The translations under genes were made by a program, and so were the position numbers. From contig JAUCBJ010006179.1 of the NCBI GenBank assembly GCA_032718475.1, positions 1 through 64,000 on the forward strand: 64,000 bases of DNA, in the 5' to 3' direction. Shown one piece after another: positions 1-11,400 of this stretch (its first letter is position 1; each line of letters begins with the position of its first letter). The notes under the pieces were generated by a model that saw only the letters and a program-made list of their open reading frames with translations, did not search any database and was not told where the DNA came from. The DNA is from Nemertoderma westbladi (lineage: Eukaryota; Animalia; Xenacoelomorpha).

Positions 1-46
1 GTCTCCTAAGAGAAGTCATGGAAGAAAGCCCGAGGAAAGAACAAGT

Positions 47-1849
47 GTGCACCACACAGCACAGGTTAAAGTAAGTAACATCAAGCCCAAATGTGTATTG
101 TGCGACGGGCCATATCGCTTGAGTGGGTGTGATGAATTCCTGAAGAAATCCCTTAAGAATAGATGTGATGTCATGTGGGATAAGCAGTTGTGTTATAATT
201 GTCTCAGACGAGGACACCAACGGCGGACCTGTTACTCAGATGCTAGGTGTGCTAAGTGTGGCGCGAAACATCATATCTTGCTGCACACAGAATTTGAAAG
301 AACCCGCACAAGTCAGGTAAGTGAGCCCGAACTACATGTCCAATTCGGTGATGTCAACGACACTGACCACAGCTCTGAGATGGAAGGATTCTACACCGAC
401 GAATTCTCCGACGAATTCTCCGATGAAAACGAATCCTGTTATATGACAAACACCGCGGTGTATCGAGCGCTTATGTATGAGACTGAAACCGATAGCGAGC
501 TCCCCCTAACTATTCCGGAACGACAACCATCTTGGAAAGCGCCAACTTCCAACGTAGGAATCTGGGAATTTCCCGTAGTGCAGTTGAGAGTCAACGGGTT
601 AAAAAAGAGCTATATAGTGAACGCCCTCCTTGACTCCGGCAGCACAGGAACATTCATCGACAAAGAACTAGCCGAAGACATCTTTGCTGGACAACCCAAG
701 TTCCGAACTAAGTTGAACCTTTCAGAAATTATGCAGGTTTGGAAATCTACAGTAGCTACAGACTACTATGTAGGCGTGTTGTCCACCCCCCAGGATGAAC
801 TAGGAGAACACAGTATAAGGTCAGTAAAAATGGTGGCGATAAAGAACTTCACTACCAGCCAAGTGGAACCTTATAACTGGGATGAAGACGATTTCACCCA
901 GCAGCATGAGATACCTAGATTCAACACCGACAACCCAGGGGTACAGATACTCATCGGCCAAAATGCGCATGAGGCGCTTGAGACATTAGAGAAACGGCCT
1001 GCTCGACCGCAACCATTGCAAACCTATGCGGGAAGAACAAAAGTAGGTTGGTACTTCACTGGACCTTCCCGTAGGACACTCATGGAAAGGCTACCCAAAG
1101 ATCAGGTCAATCAGGTGAGTGAATGGGAAGAAGACATCAGTGAGGGAGAGACAACCACAACTGAGGGAACACCATACTCCTCAGATAATGACGATATTAA
1201 CTCTAATGTAGATCAATGGAGACATTGCCTTGGGACGATTAATCCAGCCGACATCGCTTCCAGAGGAGCAACTCCTCAAGAACTGATAGATACTCCAGAC
1301 TGGTTAGGTGGACCCGACTTCCTAAGTAAAGAAGAGGATGAATGGCCTCCTCATCTCACCACGGCTGAGATTAGACAAGCCAAGGGAGCGGAGAAAGTCA
1401 AACCTAAAACCCGGACGAGTAAATCAAAGTTATTTAAACCCGCGATTGATCTGTCTGTACTACACATTTCAGGGGACGACGCTGTGGGTCTAAACTCCCC
1501 CGCCACAAATAACTCTGTTGTGGAAATCAGAGAAAGAGACTGGAAATCTGGAACACCAGACGTCTCGCAGGGACTCTCACCTCTCCTGCAGGGAGCGATA
1601 AACCACTATAGCTCCTGGAATCGGCTTTGTAAGGCCGTCGTGTATTTGAAGCGATGTTTCTATCGTCACTATTCCAGGACGAAGAGGAAACCTGGAATTG
1701 TATTCGAAACACAACAACTCAATCGCCCAGTTGGTCGTTTATGTTTACTGGAAAGAGACAGAGAACTCTCCGGAAACTATGGAAGGCAAGATACTCTTCC
1801 CACGACCACCTCCCTAATCCAACCAACATCCAGGGACTCCCCAACGTAA
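47..1849 (+). pseudogene. pol: Deleted gag-pol of copy A: Gag zinc knuckles + aspartic protease + RNase H tail + integrase tail
   Basis: CYNCLRRGHQRRTC and CAKCGAKHHILLH (BEL Gag), ALLDSGS. Relative to copy B, RT and most of RNase H are lost at ~1197-1210 and integrase at ~1685; the frame stays open. Confidence 0.88.
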
Positions 1850-3562
1850 CAGCGTCTGGAGTGGGTGTGTGACTATATTATTTTATATGTTTTTATTATT
1901 TTTATATTTATGTATGTATTATTATGTACTTTTATTATAATCGTTTTCTTTAATTTTATTTAGTAGAATGTTATTTTAGCGATTATCTAGTAGATTAGTG
2001 CAATATATTTAGTCTTTATTACTTAATTACTTATATATATATATTTAGTGCAACGGCGAGAAATAATTCTTTTTCTCTTTCCTTACTGTCCGTATCATAT
2101 TATAAATACGTGACTACAGTAAGATGAAATATCCGTACTTATTAAAGTACAATAAAGCTCCTACTATATTCAAGTATTATTGGTAAGTAGAGTATTAGGA
2201 ATGCAAAGTTCAGATCCTCATGTCTCAGCTAAACCAAGCTCTGGGTAGACCTTGGAAACGACTTGCCTCTTCTCACTGACATTGCTTCTTGCAATATTGC
2301 TCTCATACCGTATATTAAATAATACATATAGTAGCGTGATGTCCCTTTAACAGTAGCGTAAAACGCAAAATCGATCTGTTAAACCCTTTGACCATCTGTA
2401 ATTCTAGTCGATTAAGATATCGCGGCACCCACCAATATACTTGAAAGACAAAATTCTAGAATCAGTGGTTAACGTCCCCAGACAAGGTCTGGAATAAATC
2501 GGTGCCCATCTTAAATATTAACTATTTAATATTTATAAAAATCTATTAAAACAAATATAATAGAGTAAATGCCGACAAATAAACTCTGAGGAGTTTGTAA
2601 ACCAAGAAAATCTAAAATCTGTTAAAATTCAGATCCTTTAAAATTCTAGTCGATTAAGATATCGTAGCACTTACCGATACTCTTAAAAAGACAAATTTCC
2701 CAGAATTCAGGATCCTAGTCCCCAGACATGCTCTGGAATAAAATTGTGTCTATTTAATATTAAATAATAAAATTTACGGGAATAAATTTAAATTCATATC
2801 CTCTCATGAATTTGATAAATTATCATTTTATGCAATTTATAACATTCCCAAAATTCCCTTAATTAATAGATCATGGGAGCGGAGATTCACCCTATTAAGT
2901 ATATTAGTGTGCGAGAATCTCCAATATATTGTCAATAGCCGAGAAAATTCATAAAATCATGTATAAAGGGGAATATTGACAATTAAAGAATTACTATTAA
3001 ATAGCATCCCAGATCTGTATGCATGAGAATTACCCTAATTCAACTGCTAGCTTTCCATAATGTCACCATGGCAACAACCACGCTAGAATTAGAAGCGAGT
3101 TAAAAGAGCAATAGAAAGCTTGCCCCATTGAATAGCATGCGGAATAAATAGCACACTGCTAGTATCCAGGGATACATAATAATAACGTGGCATTCTGGAA
3201 GGCACTTGACTAACGGACAAATGGCCCGAATGTGTACAATTTGTGACAGTTGTGTGGAATTTGTGCGTTTATAGGTGAATGTTACTACTAAAGTGTGTTT
3301 ACAGTAGCGAGTCGTAGTTGTGAAAGTAGCCCTACCTCTGCAGTAAGAACCTGAAGTAAATCTAAGCCCTTGGGACGGACAGTGGAGTGACTCGCGCTGG
3401 TATTGTTGTCGTTGTGTAGCTACTACGTTGGCGAAAGGCACATCGGCGACAGTACATCAGCGTTGAGGATCTTGCGCTGTCCGGGGACATCGAGGGGTAG
3501 GCAGCAACGACCGCTAGCCTAATTATAATTAATTATAATATCGATAAACTCATATAGCAGCT

Positions 3563-5112
3563 ATGACTGAGTTGATAGAAGATGATCTTGGTATCAGGGA
3601 GCGATATACCCTACCATTGCAAGCGTTTGCTGATAGTTTAATACGCGGCGACGCTAGTCAACCTAATACGGAGGACGATGGCCGTTATATCGAACTGCCA
3701 ATGTCAAAGGAACAACTCACGCGTGAATTGGACTATAGAAAATTCACCGCTCGCTATACGCATCGTAATGGTACGTATATGGACTTCTTAACTACTGGTC
3801 ATCCTATCGATTTACATGATACGGACGATGTCGACACCGAAAGGGAAATGGTCCTATTTAAATATCATACCCAGCGGAGTCGGAACGATAAACTGAGAAT
3901 CAAATGCGAAAATTCTATTCAAAATCGACTCGAAAGAGAAGACGTTAAAGAACCGGATAAATGCAGTGACTCCATTGTATATTTGGAATTCTTGAGAGAA
4001 ACATTGTAAAACTGAAGAAAGATCACCCGCGTTTCCCCTACAAGACGTGCGTCTTTGGTATTATTACAATGAATGTCCTAGACCGAACCAACAAACGGAA
4101 AGACATAAACATCCGCGGAAACGTTGAGCTAAACGCAGTTTTACTCGCTATATTTATGGGAGTTTCGAGCGAAACTTGTTCGATGTATCACCTACGCTCG
4201 CTCGACTCAAACGATCCTTAAATAAACCCATGATCAGAGTTCCGGAATACTCGGTCAGACCTCCTCATTCCCTGGTGAGACCTCAGACTCTTGATCCTAA
4301 TAGTATCACGGATCCTCCCGAGCTTACTCACTGTTCAAAGATCTAGTGTTACCCGAACAATTAGTCGGTGGCACTCCGGTTGTGGGCTCCCTAGATATTC
4401 GCCCATCTTACCTAGCCGGATTGGGACGCGGACACCTAATATCGCCATTCAACCGTATAATCGTCCCTGTTTAACCCGATACAACCTGTCACCGAGGTGG
4501 AGGAGAGAGTTGTACGAAACGCGTTGGGCACTATTCGTCAAAAGATCAGAAAAGCAACCTACGATTGTTCAGAGAAACGTAAATTGCAGCAGCAAGTCCA
4601 AGCGGTAAACGAATTAGCTTTATCTCAGTTCGATCAGGAAATCCAGAATCTCTAAGAAGATATCGAACTTGGATGACTCTACTTTCTGCAAGAGTTTTGG
4701 ATGAATGCTTTCAACGAAAAGCGGAGGAAAATCAGCTCGAGGAGAAGCATATCGATTCCGATAGAGCCCGAGAATGCGAGTTGGAAAGAATCATCAAACC
4801 GAGGAAATTTCTCACTACACACGGTCCACCTACCGCTCTCGTGCAAACGACCCGTCAGGGACCAGTAAGAGCTGCTGTCTTAAAACACGCTCTCAAGGTT
4901 GTTCGACCTCGTTCCACTGAGGTTGATACCGATCAACGGGTACCTCGACCGGCGGATACACCGACCGTAATCCTAAACCTTCCGATGCAATTGTATTGCA
5001 CCCTTCACCCAGGAGTTATAGCCCTCCTAGTAAAGTGGCTTGTCCCAAAGAGAAAAGGACTCTTGCTAGCCTCAAAAAACTGCGTAAACGCCATCCACGC
5101 AAGAAAGACTAA
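3563..5112 (+). pseudogene. ORF2 remnant of copy A (exonuclease and zinc-knuckle segment deleted)
   Basis: Starts MTELIEDDLGIRERY like 17569 and ends at the same 3' sequence as 21814; stops, frameshifts and deletions at ~4003 and ~4754. Confidence 0.85.
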
Positions 5113-5190
5113 CTGTTTAGAGTATTTTTATATTTTAGAAACTGTGATTTTTTATATTTTATAGAATTAAATCCCATTTTCTGGGAGCGG

Positions 5191-6354
5191 TGTCAAGGCT
5201 TTTGCGGATATAACTAGTCATTTTCCCCGCAAAGTACTGTGTATGTGTTTTAGCGGACATAAAAAGCCATTTTTTCTGTATGTCTACTTTAGCGGACATA
5301 ACAAGCCATTTTATGCCACAATACGCCAAATACTCTTAATACAGTGTAGTTCCGATGACGAAATCTATCAGCTGATTTAATGTTGATGTGGAGCTTTCTT
5401 AACTTTCTTTGTTCGGCTCGCTCGACCAATCAGGGCGATTTTCATTTTATATTGTACAGAAGCCTACGGGAAATCGCGCAATGCATGACGGTTTTTGTTT
5501 ACCTTTTCCTGAGCCCCAGAACATCGGCTTTAGCCGATGTTCTGTTCTGGCTTTAGCCGATTAGCTTTAGACTTTAGCCAAACATTAGAAAGGTTTGATT
5601 ATAGGAACGTATAACTGTTATCAAATCAAACCATACAAACTGGACAAACCAGAACATACATACTTGTCCTACCGCATTATTTTACTTCTGTTTACTGTCG
5701 GTTATTAATTGTTATAAGTTGATGGATATGTTGTTATATTTGGAGAATATCGATAAATAATCATAAACCCAATCTTCTTGATATACTGAAGGTAAGAGGG
5801 ACCAGTTACCTGTAGCAACTGCGACTTACATTATAGTGGTTTTGGAGTGAATTTAATGCTATTTCATAATCCCTACATGTGTCAGATGCTATTCTCCTTA
5901 TATATGATCAAATTTAGTGAAGGTCGGCAGATCAGTGTGCAGCAGTGTGCGGTAGTGTGCAGGAGTGTAACCGATAACAAAGCATTTCCTAAAGAATGCG
6001 CTTTATACATGAATCATTAGCCATCCCATTGTGTTTAGTGTAAGTCATAACTCTGTTTACATACTTAGAGCGCCACGTCTTAAAGGAACTGTTGATATTT
6101 CCCGAAAGTGAATAATATTTGTCAGAAATTATATATTAACGATCAGTCGAATAATACAGTAGGCCTACACCGCAATAAGGTCAGAGCTTCCAAATCCAGT
6201 CTCCCGGGTATATCCAGCGGGTGAATGGTCGCGCATAGACTGGCTTCGGCTAATGTAGTGTATCAAATACTCATCATAGGCTAAAGTCGATTTATAATCT
6301 AGAAGACACCTAAATTTGGCAGGTTAAACTGCTAAAGGTCTGAAAGCGCGAACA
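5191..6354 (+). repeat. LTR shared by copies A and B (1164 bp)
   Basis: TGT...ACA termini, preceded by purine tract GGGAGCGG; homologous to 21893-23071 and 52778-53945. Confidence 0.93.
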
Positions 6355-6366
6355 ATAACAGTTATA
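6355..6366 (+). promoter_or_regulatory. Putative non-tRNA primer-binding site, complementary to LTR 5610-5621
   Basis: ATAACAGTTATA directly follows the LTR end; its exact reverse complement TATAACTGTTAT is at 5610-5621 and 22323-22334. No TGG-type PBS is present. Confidence 0.55.
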
Positions 6367-6638
6367 GGATCTGTATTGCAACGTAGGCAATAAAGCTGAA
6401 GTACCGGTCAACCGGTAACTAGTAGGCCTAACTACCTAACCACCCGAACCGGTACTTACAGCAGTACAGGTACACCAGTATTATTTCGATTGTGATATAT
6501 TGTATATTATAGGCTGTTAGGGGATTAGGGATTGATCACCCCTTATTCCTTTGTATGGTTTACTTATTTCTGTCAGTTTTATTTATTTGTAGGTTAATAT
6601 TGAGCAGAAGACGTGTAAGCCTGCTCAGATTGTACAGG

Positions 6639-7219
6639 TAATTTGTAGGCTGGACTGTTGTCTGACTGTTGTTAAGTCTGAAGAGATTGCAGTGTGTGTA
6701 GAGTGTATGTCCGATAAAGTACTAGTTAGGAACGTAGGGGCTTCCAATGCTGTGAGGATAAATCCCCCCGAAAGAATAAGTCGTACTACTCGGTTAGAAC
6801 GCATACTAACTAACCATTTCGGAGTCTGCATATACTGTAGTTTGTTTGGGCTTGATAGTAGTCTGCCAGCGTTTGGTCTGTATTTTGTTTGTGTAGTCTG
6901 TACAGGTAGCGTAATATTTCTTATTTAGATAATTTGTAGGCTGGATTATTGCCTGGCTGTTGTTAGGTCTGAAGAGATTACAGTGTGTGTAGAGTGTATG
7001 TCTGATAAAGTACTAGTTAGGAACGTAGGGGCTTCCAGTGCTGTGAGGTAAATCCCCCCGAAAGAATAAGTCGTACTACTCGGTTAGAACGCATACTAAC
7101 TAACCATTTCGGAGTCTGCATATACTGTAGTTTGTTTAGGCTTGATAGTAGTCTGCCAGCGTTTGGTCTGTATTTTGTTTGAGTAGTCTGTACGCGTAGC
7201 GTAATATTTATTATTCAGA
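6639..7219 (+). repeat. ~291-bp tandem duplication in the 5' leader of copy B
   Basis: 6639-6929 and 6930-7219 are near-identical (both start TAATTTGTAGGCTGGA). Confidence 0.9.
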
Positions 7220-8438
7220 GTTTATGCGATTATTCGCAACATTCATACCCCCAAGTTTATTCCTACAGTAATTGTGCTTGTTATACATACCGTTATAGTT
7301 AAATTAACCCCGGTACTACATCAGGGCTGTTTGGCGTAGGTAAAGACTGGAGATTTTATGATTCGGTCACTCCGGCAAATACCGTGGTTCCTTTAGCTGT
7401 ACAAGTATTTCTAACTGCTGGTTATTTGTTATATAAGTACTTAATAGTACTAAGTACCTAATTTAGGGTTTAGTGTACAGTGCTTTCCGAAAGTAATTAG
7501 TGTGTAGGCAGTATATTTGTGTTGTAAACTGGTTAATAGGCACGTTGGCTCTGGTAGGTCGCGGTAATTAACTTCTAGGTAGGAACATTCCGTGATACAT
7601 AACGTAGTACTTATAGCGATATGGCTATAAGTCGTCAGACGGTGGTATTTTTTCCTATCTGGACAACACAGTATATTTACTACTGCTTTGTTATTTTCAA
7701 ATACCGTAGAATCCTGTCTGTTTGTAATAACCAGATATTCTAACCCTTTGTTAGGCTGGTTTGTAGACTTCTTGTAAAATTACCCTAAAAATTCGTACGT
7801 GTAATTTTTGTGTTTATTTAGAGATTGTAATCTCACCCCGAATTGTACGTAATTTGTAGTATTAAGTAACTTAGGTAAATTAGAATTATTTGTTTTAGTG
7901 TCCAACAAGTAGCACTTCACTGAGAGCGTACAGCTTCTGTGCGGTGACTCTTTCCCAGAAATAATAACATTTATTTCAAATATTGACAAAAACCCATTAT
8001 ACGGGTATATATATTATAAATCAACTCAAACCGATTTATAAAATAGTAGGCCTGTCATACATCAATTAGGTCTTAACATCAGTTGGACTACTGCTTAATT
8101 AACGGTAATAAAGTAAGGTAAAGTAACCAAGTAACCCTAAAATTCAGAAATTCAATTATTCTAAAATAATTGACATACTGGTATTCACGATAGGCTTATT
8201 ATATATTTATATATATTTGTGCTGAAATTACATACCGGTATTCTGTGACAAATCTAGTCTGTAATAATACTTATATATATACTATAAGCATACCGGTATT
8301 CTAATATATTATATATATATATCACGTTACACTGAGTAACAGTATCGGTAATTAATTACTAGGCTAACAGTTGATACTGAATTACTAGACTTGCTTTAAC
8401 TGTAATATAGCAGTAGGCATTCAATTGTACAAACAAAC

Positions 8439-11400
8439 ATGTCTGACACAAAGCAAAACCTGTCAGACAGTCTCCTAGATACAACCATCTGTGACCCAGA
8501 CAGGAGTGTGGAACGTGTGAGACCGAAGTTCAACTCACCTCCTACTGTAAGAAAGATCATTCCTCCAGTAGTAGTATCAGACCCTAGGCTAGTCCAACAC
8601 CGTAGGTCTATCATAGGCACTTGAGCTCAGGTCAAGCGGGACCAAGAAGCAGCAGAACAGCAGCAACACTCGAGCCGAGAAATTATTTCTCAACGGCCCG
8701 ACAGCTCCAGTAGTGCGGATACTGTAGAGCTGACACCCGAGCGCGGAGCAAAGATGGTAGATGCGGTTTATTCGGATCCCCTTCTCATCCTTCCTGCAGC
8801 CGTACTCACTAGGGTATTGATTGCGGTGGAGGAACACCAGATTGATTGGGCGAGAAGTAAGCGATCGACCAAGGATAGTTATGCGGGATACACAAGGGAA
8901 GAACTGAAGTCTATTGTCGAGTCGCAATGGAACTTCCCCGGACCCGGACTCCCGTTTGACTTATCGGAAGCTGCCTGGGAAGACATACACAGGATGGGAG
9001 TGACAAAAGAAACCAGCGATCCAGCCGTGTGGAAGAGGTCAGCAGCAGGATACGTACAGGGATTCTTCAGCTCTATGGAGCGATTAGAGGAACAACTGTT
9101 TCGACAACCCCAAGGACCTCAAGAGCAGGGAGAGCTGCTTTATCAAGTTAGAGAAAGAATTCTAAGAATCAGACTAATCTTATCGGCCTTTGAGGAGGCT
9201 TCGAAAAGAAGACAAGACACGTCGTTGCAAGTTGCCGTAAAGACTTGGTTTCAGCGGGTGAGTCTCAAAGTTCAAGGAACTGCCCCGTGGAAATCTCAGT
9301 TGGCTGAGTGGAAAGTGAAGTGACAGCAGAAAAACCGCATAAGAGGGATGCTATTGACATCTATCTGTCAGACTATCAACGATTTGTAGGTGACGAAGAG
9401 TTGAGGAGACGGCTGTCTGGACTTCGCCCTAATAGTGAAGGAGCCAAGCTGGTGTTGGACGCAATCGATGCGGATATGATAGCTGCGAACCAAGCTAAAT
9501 TTGATGAATGCCTCCGCATCGCTAGAGTCCAGGAAGAACAAGTAAAGAAAAAACGTATAGAAGACAGAAAGATAGCAGCAACGGCAGAGGCAGCGGCAGA
9601 AGCGGAAAGAAAAGCGGCAGAGGCAGTGGCAGAAGCGGAAAGAAAGCGAGCCGTGGCAGAAGCAGAACGAAGAGCATCTGAAGAGACCACCCAACTAGAG
9701 TTGGAAAATATTCAAGAGAATCAAGACTGCATAAATAAACAGTTAACAGCTAGTCAAATGCAGATGATGAGTCGATCTACTCCCAAAAGACAGGGATATA
9801 CATCATCTGATGAAGGCGATACCACCGATCCTGAAGGCGGAGGAAATAGATCTCGTCTAAGCAGACGTAGAAGAATGTCCCACCCTCAGAAATTGCCTAA
9901 TTTGCCCCCAGCTGTTAGAAGGCAACTAACTAACACAGACTTAGGTAGTACAGAACCCACAGACCAAATAATTAAAATAGAAAGGCTCCCTACTATAGTA
10001 GATGAGCCTGAAATAATTAGGCCTGTTCTCGAAGCCACCCCTTTGGTGATAGAGACACCTGTACTCCCAGAACCTACCTCTAAATTCCCTTTGCACAGTA
10101 CCAAACTACCTGTGCCCAGTAGGACTGTTCACGAGTCCGAACCCGTCCTGGACGCCGAGCGAGATATCAAGAATTTATCGCCTGTCGTCTCTCGCTCGCC
10201 CGCTGCTACGTTGGCGACTCCCGCTTCGGCGGTCGAGTGGGTAGCTGAGGGACGACGGGAGATGGGTCTCCTGCTCGGGCAGCTGAGGGAACACCGTCAG
10301 TGCTCCTCTCAGCAGGTCCGGGAGATGGAAGGAACTGTTCAGCAGTTCAAGGGAACAGTAAGGGAAAGTAGGTTAGAGTTGCAAGAAGTGCAGCAGAATA
10401 TCGCGTTAGAACGCGATAAATTAGTAAATATACAAAAAGGTATACCACCAACCCCGGTAACAATGTGTCAACCTGTTAAGTCTGAAGTATTTCATGCGCA
10501 AGGTGTGGAGCCTACACGCATCTATACTGCTAGTGAAGTAGAAACTCCTATAGTAAACCCTATTAAGGGTAATTATAAACCTGTTGACAATGATATTCCA
10601 TATAGACCTGATCATAATCTGAGAAATTTATATACCGATAACTCGATATTAAATAACACGATGGCCCAAGAAAGTTTTACGCGTCAAATGGCTAGAACCG
10701 AAGCCCGTCAAGCGGTAAAGGTGGGAGAGATCGTCAAGTTTAATGGAGATGAGATGAAATGGTTACCTTTTAATGAATATTACAAGGATAACATACAGAA
10801 CTCTGTGTTATCTAACGGAGAGAAACTTAGATTCCTCATCGAGTGCTTGGAAGGATCTCCCAAGTTAATGGCGTTAAGGTTTATTGGACATCCAGATGGA
10901 CTAAGACAAGTTTGGGATACCCTAAACATCAGGTATAGTAATAGGAATAACATAGCTAGGTATTTGTATGCAAAATTGGTAGCCCCCCGAAAGTTCATTA
11001 GCAGCGGGATTATAGAGTTTTCCGATGAGATTCAGGAGATCTGTAGACAATTAGATTGGCTAGGTAAGTCTCATGAATATCAGAGTTCTATGGTTATTGG
11101 AGCCGTGGCCTCTACTTTACCGAAGGGTGGAGTAGGTACACGCTGGGATAAGAAAGTGTTATATATGATGGAACAACAACTCCGACGCAAGGTGTGCGAA
11201 GTGTGGCGCAAAACATCATTTATCTTGTTGCACACTGAATTCGAACGAAACAGCCCGAGTCAGGTAAGTGATTCCGAACTACATGTCCAATTCAGTGATG
11301 TGAACGACACTGACCAAAGTTCTGAGATGGAAGGATTCTATACGGACGAATTCTCCGATGAAAACGAATCCTGTTACCTGATAAATACCGCAGTGTATCG

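Larger units (their letters stand above)
1..6354 (+). mobile_element. BEL/Pao LTR retrotransposon copy A (internally deleted; 5' end outside window)
   Basis: Gag knuckles, ALLDSGS protease and NPADIASRG motif, then spacer, ORF2 remnant and LTR; colinear with copy B apart from large deletions. Confidence 0.92.

Noticed and set aside
9368-10998. Short antisense ORFs within gag
   Set aside because: Shadow frames of low-complexity coding sequence with no motifs.
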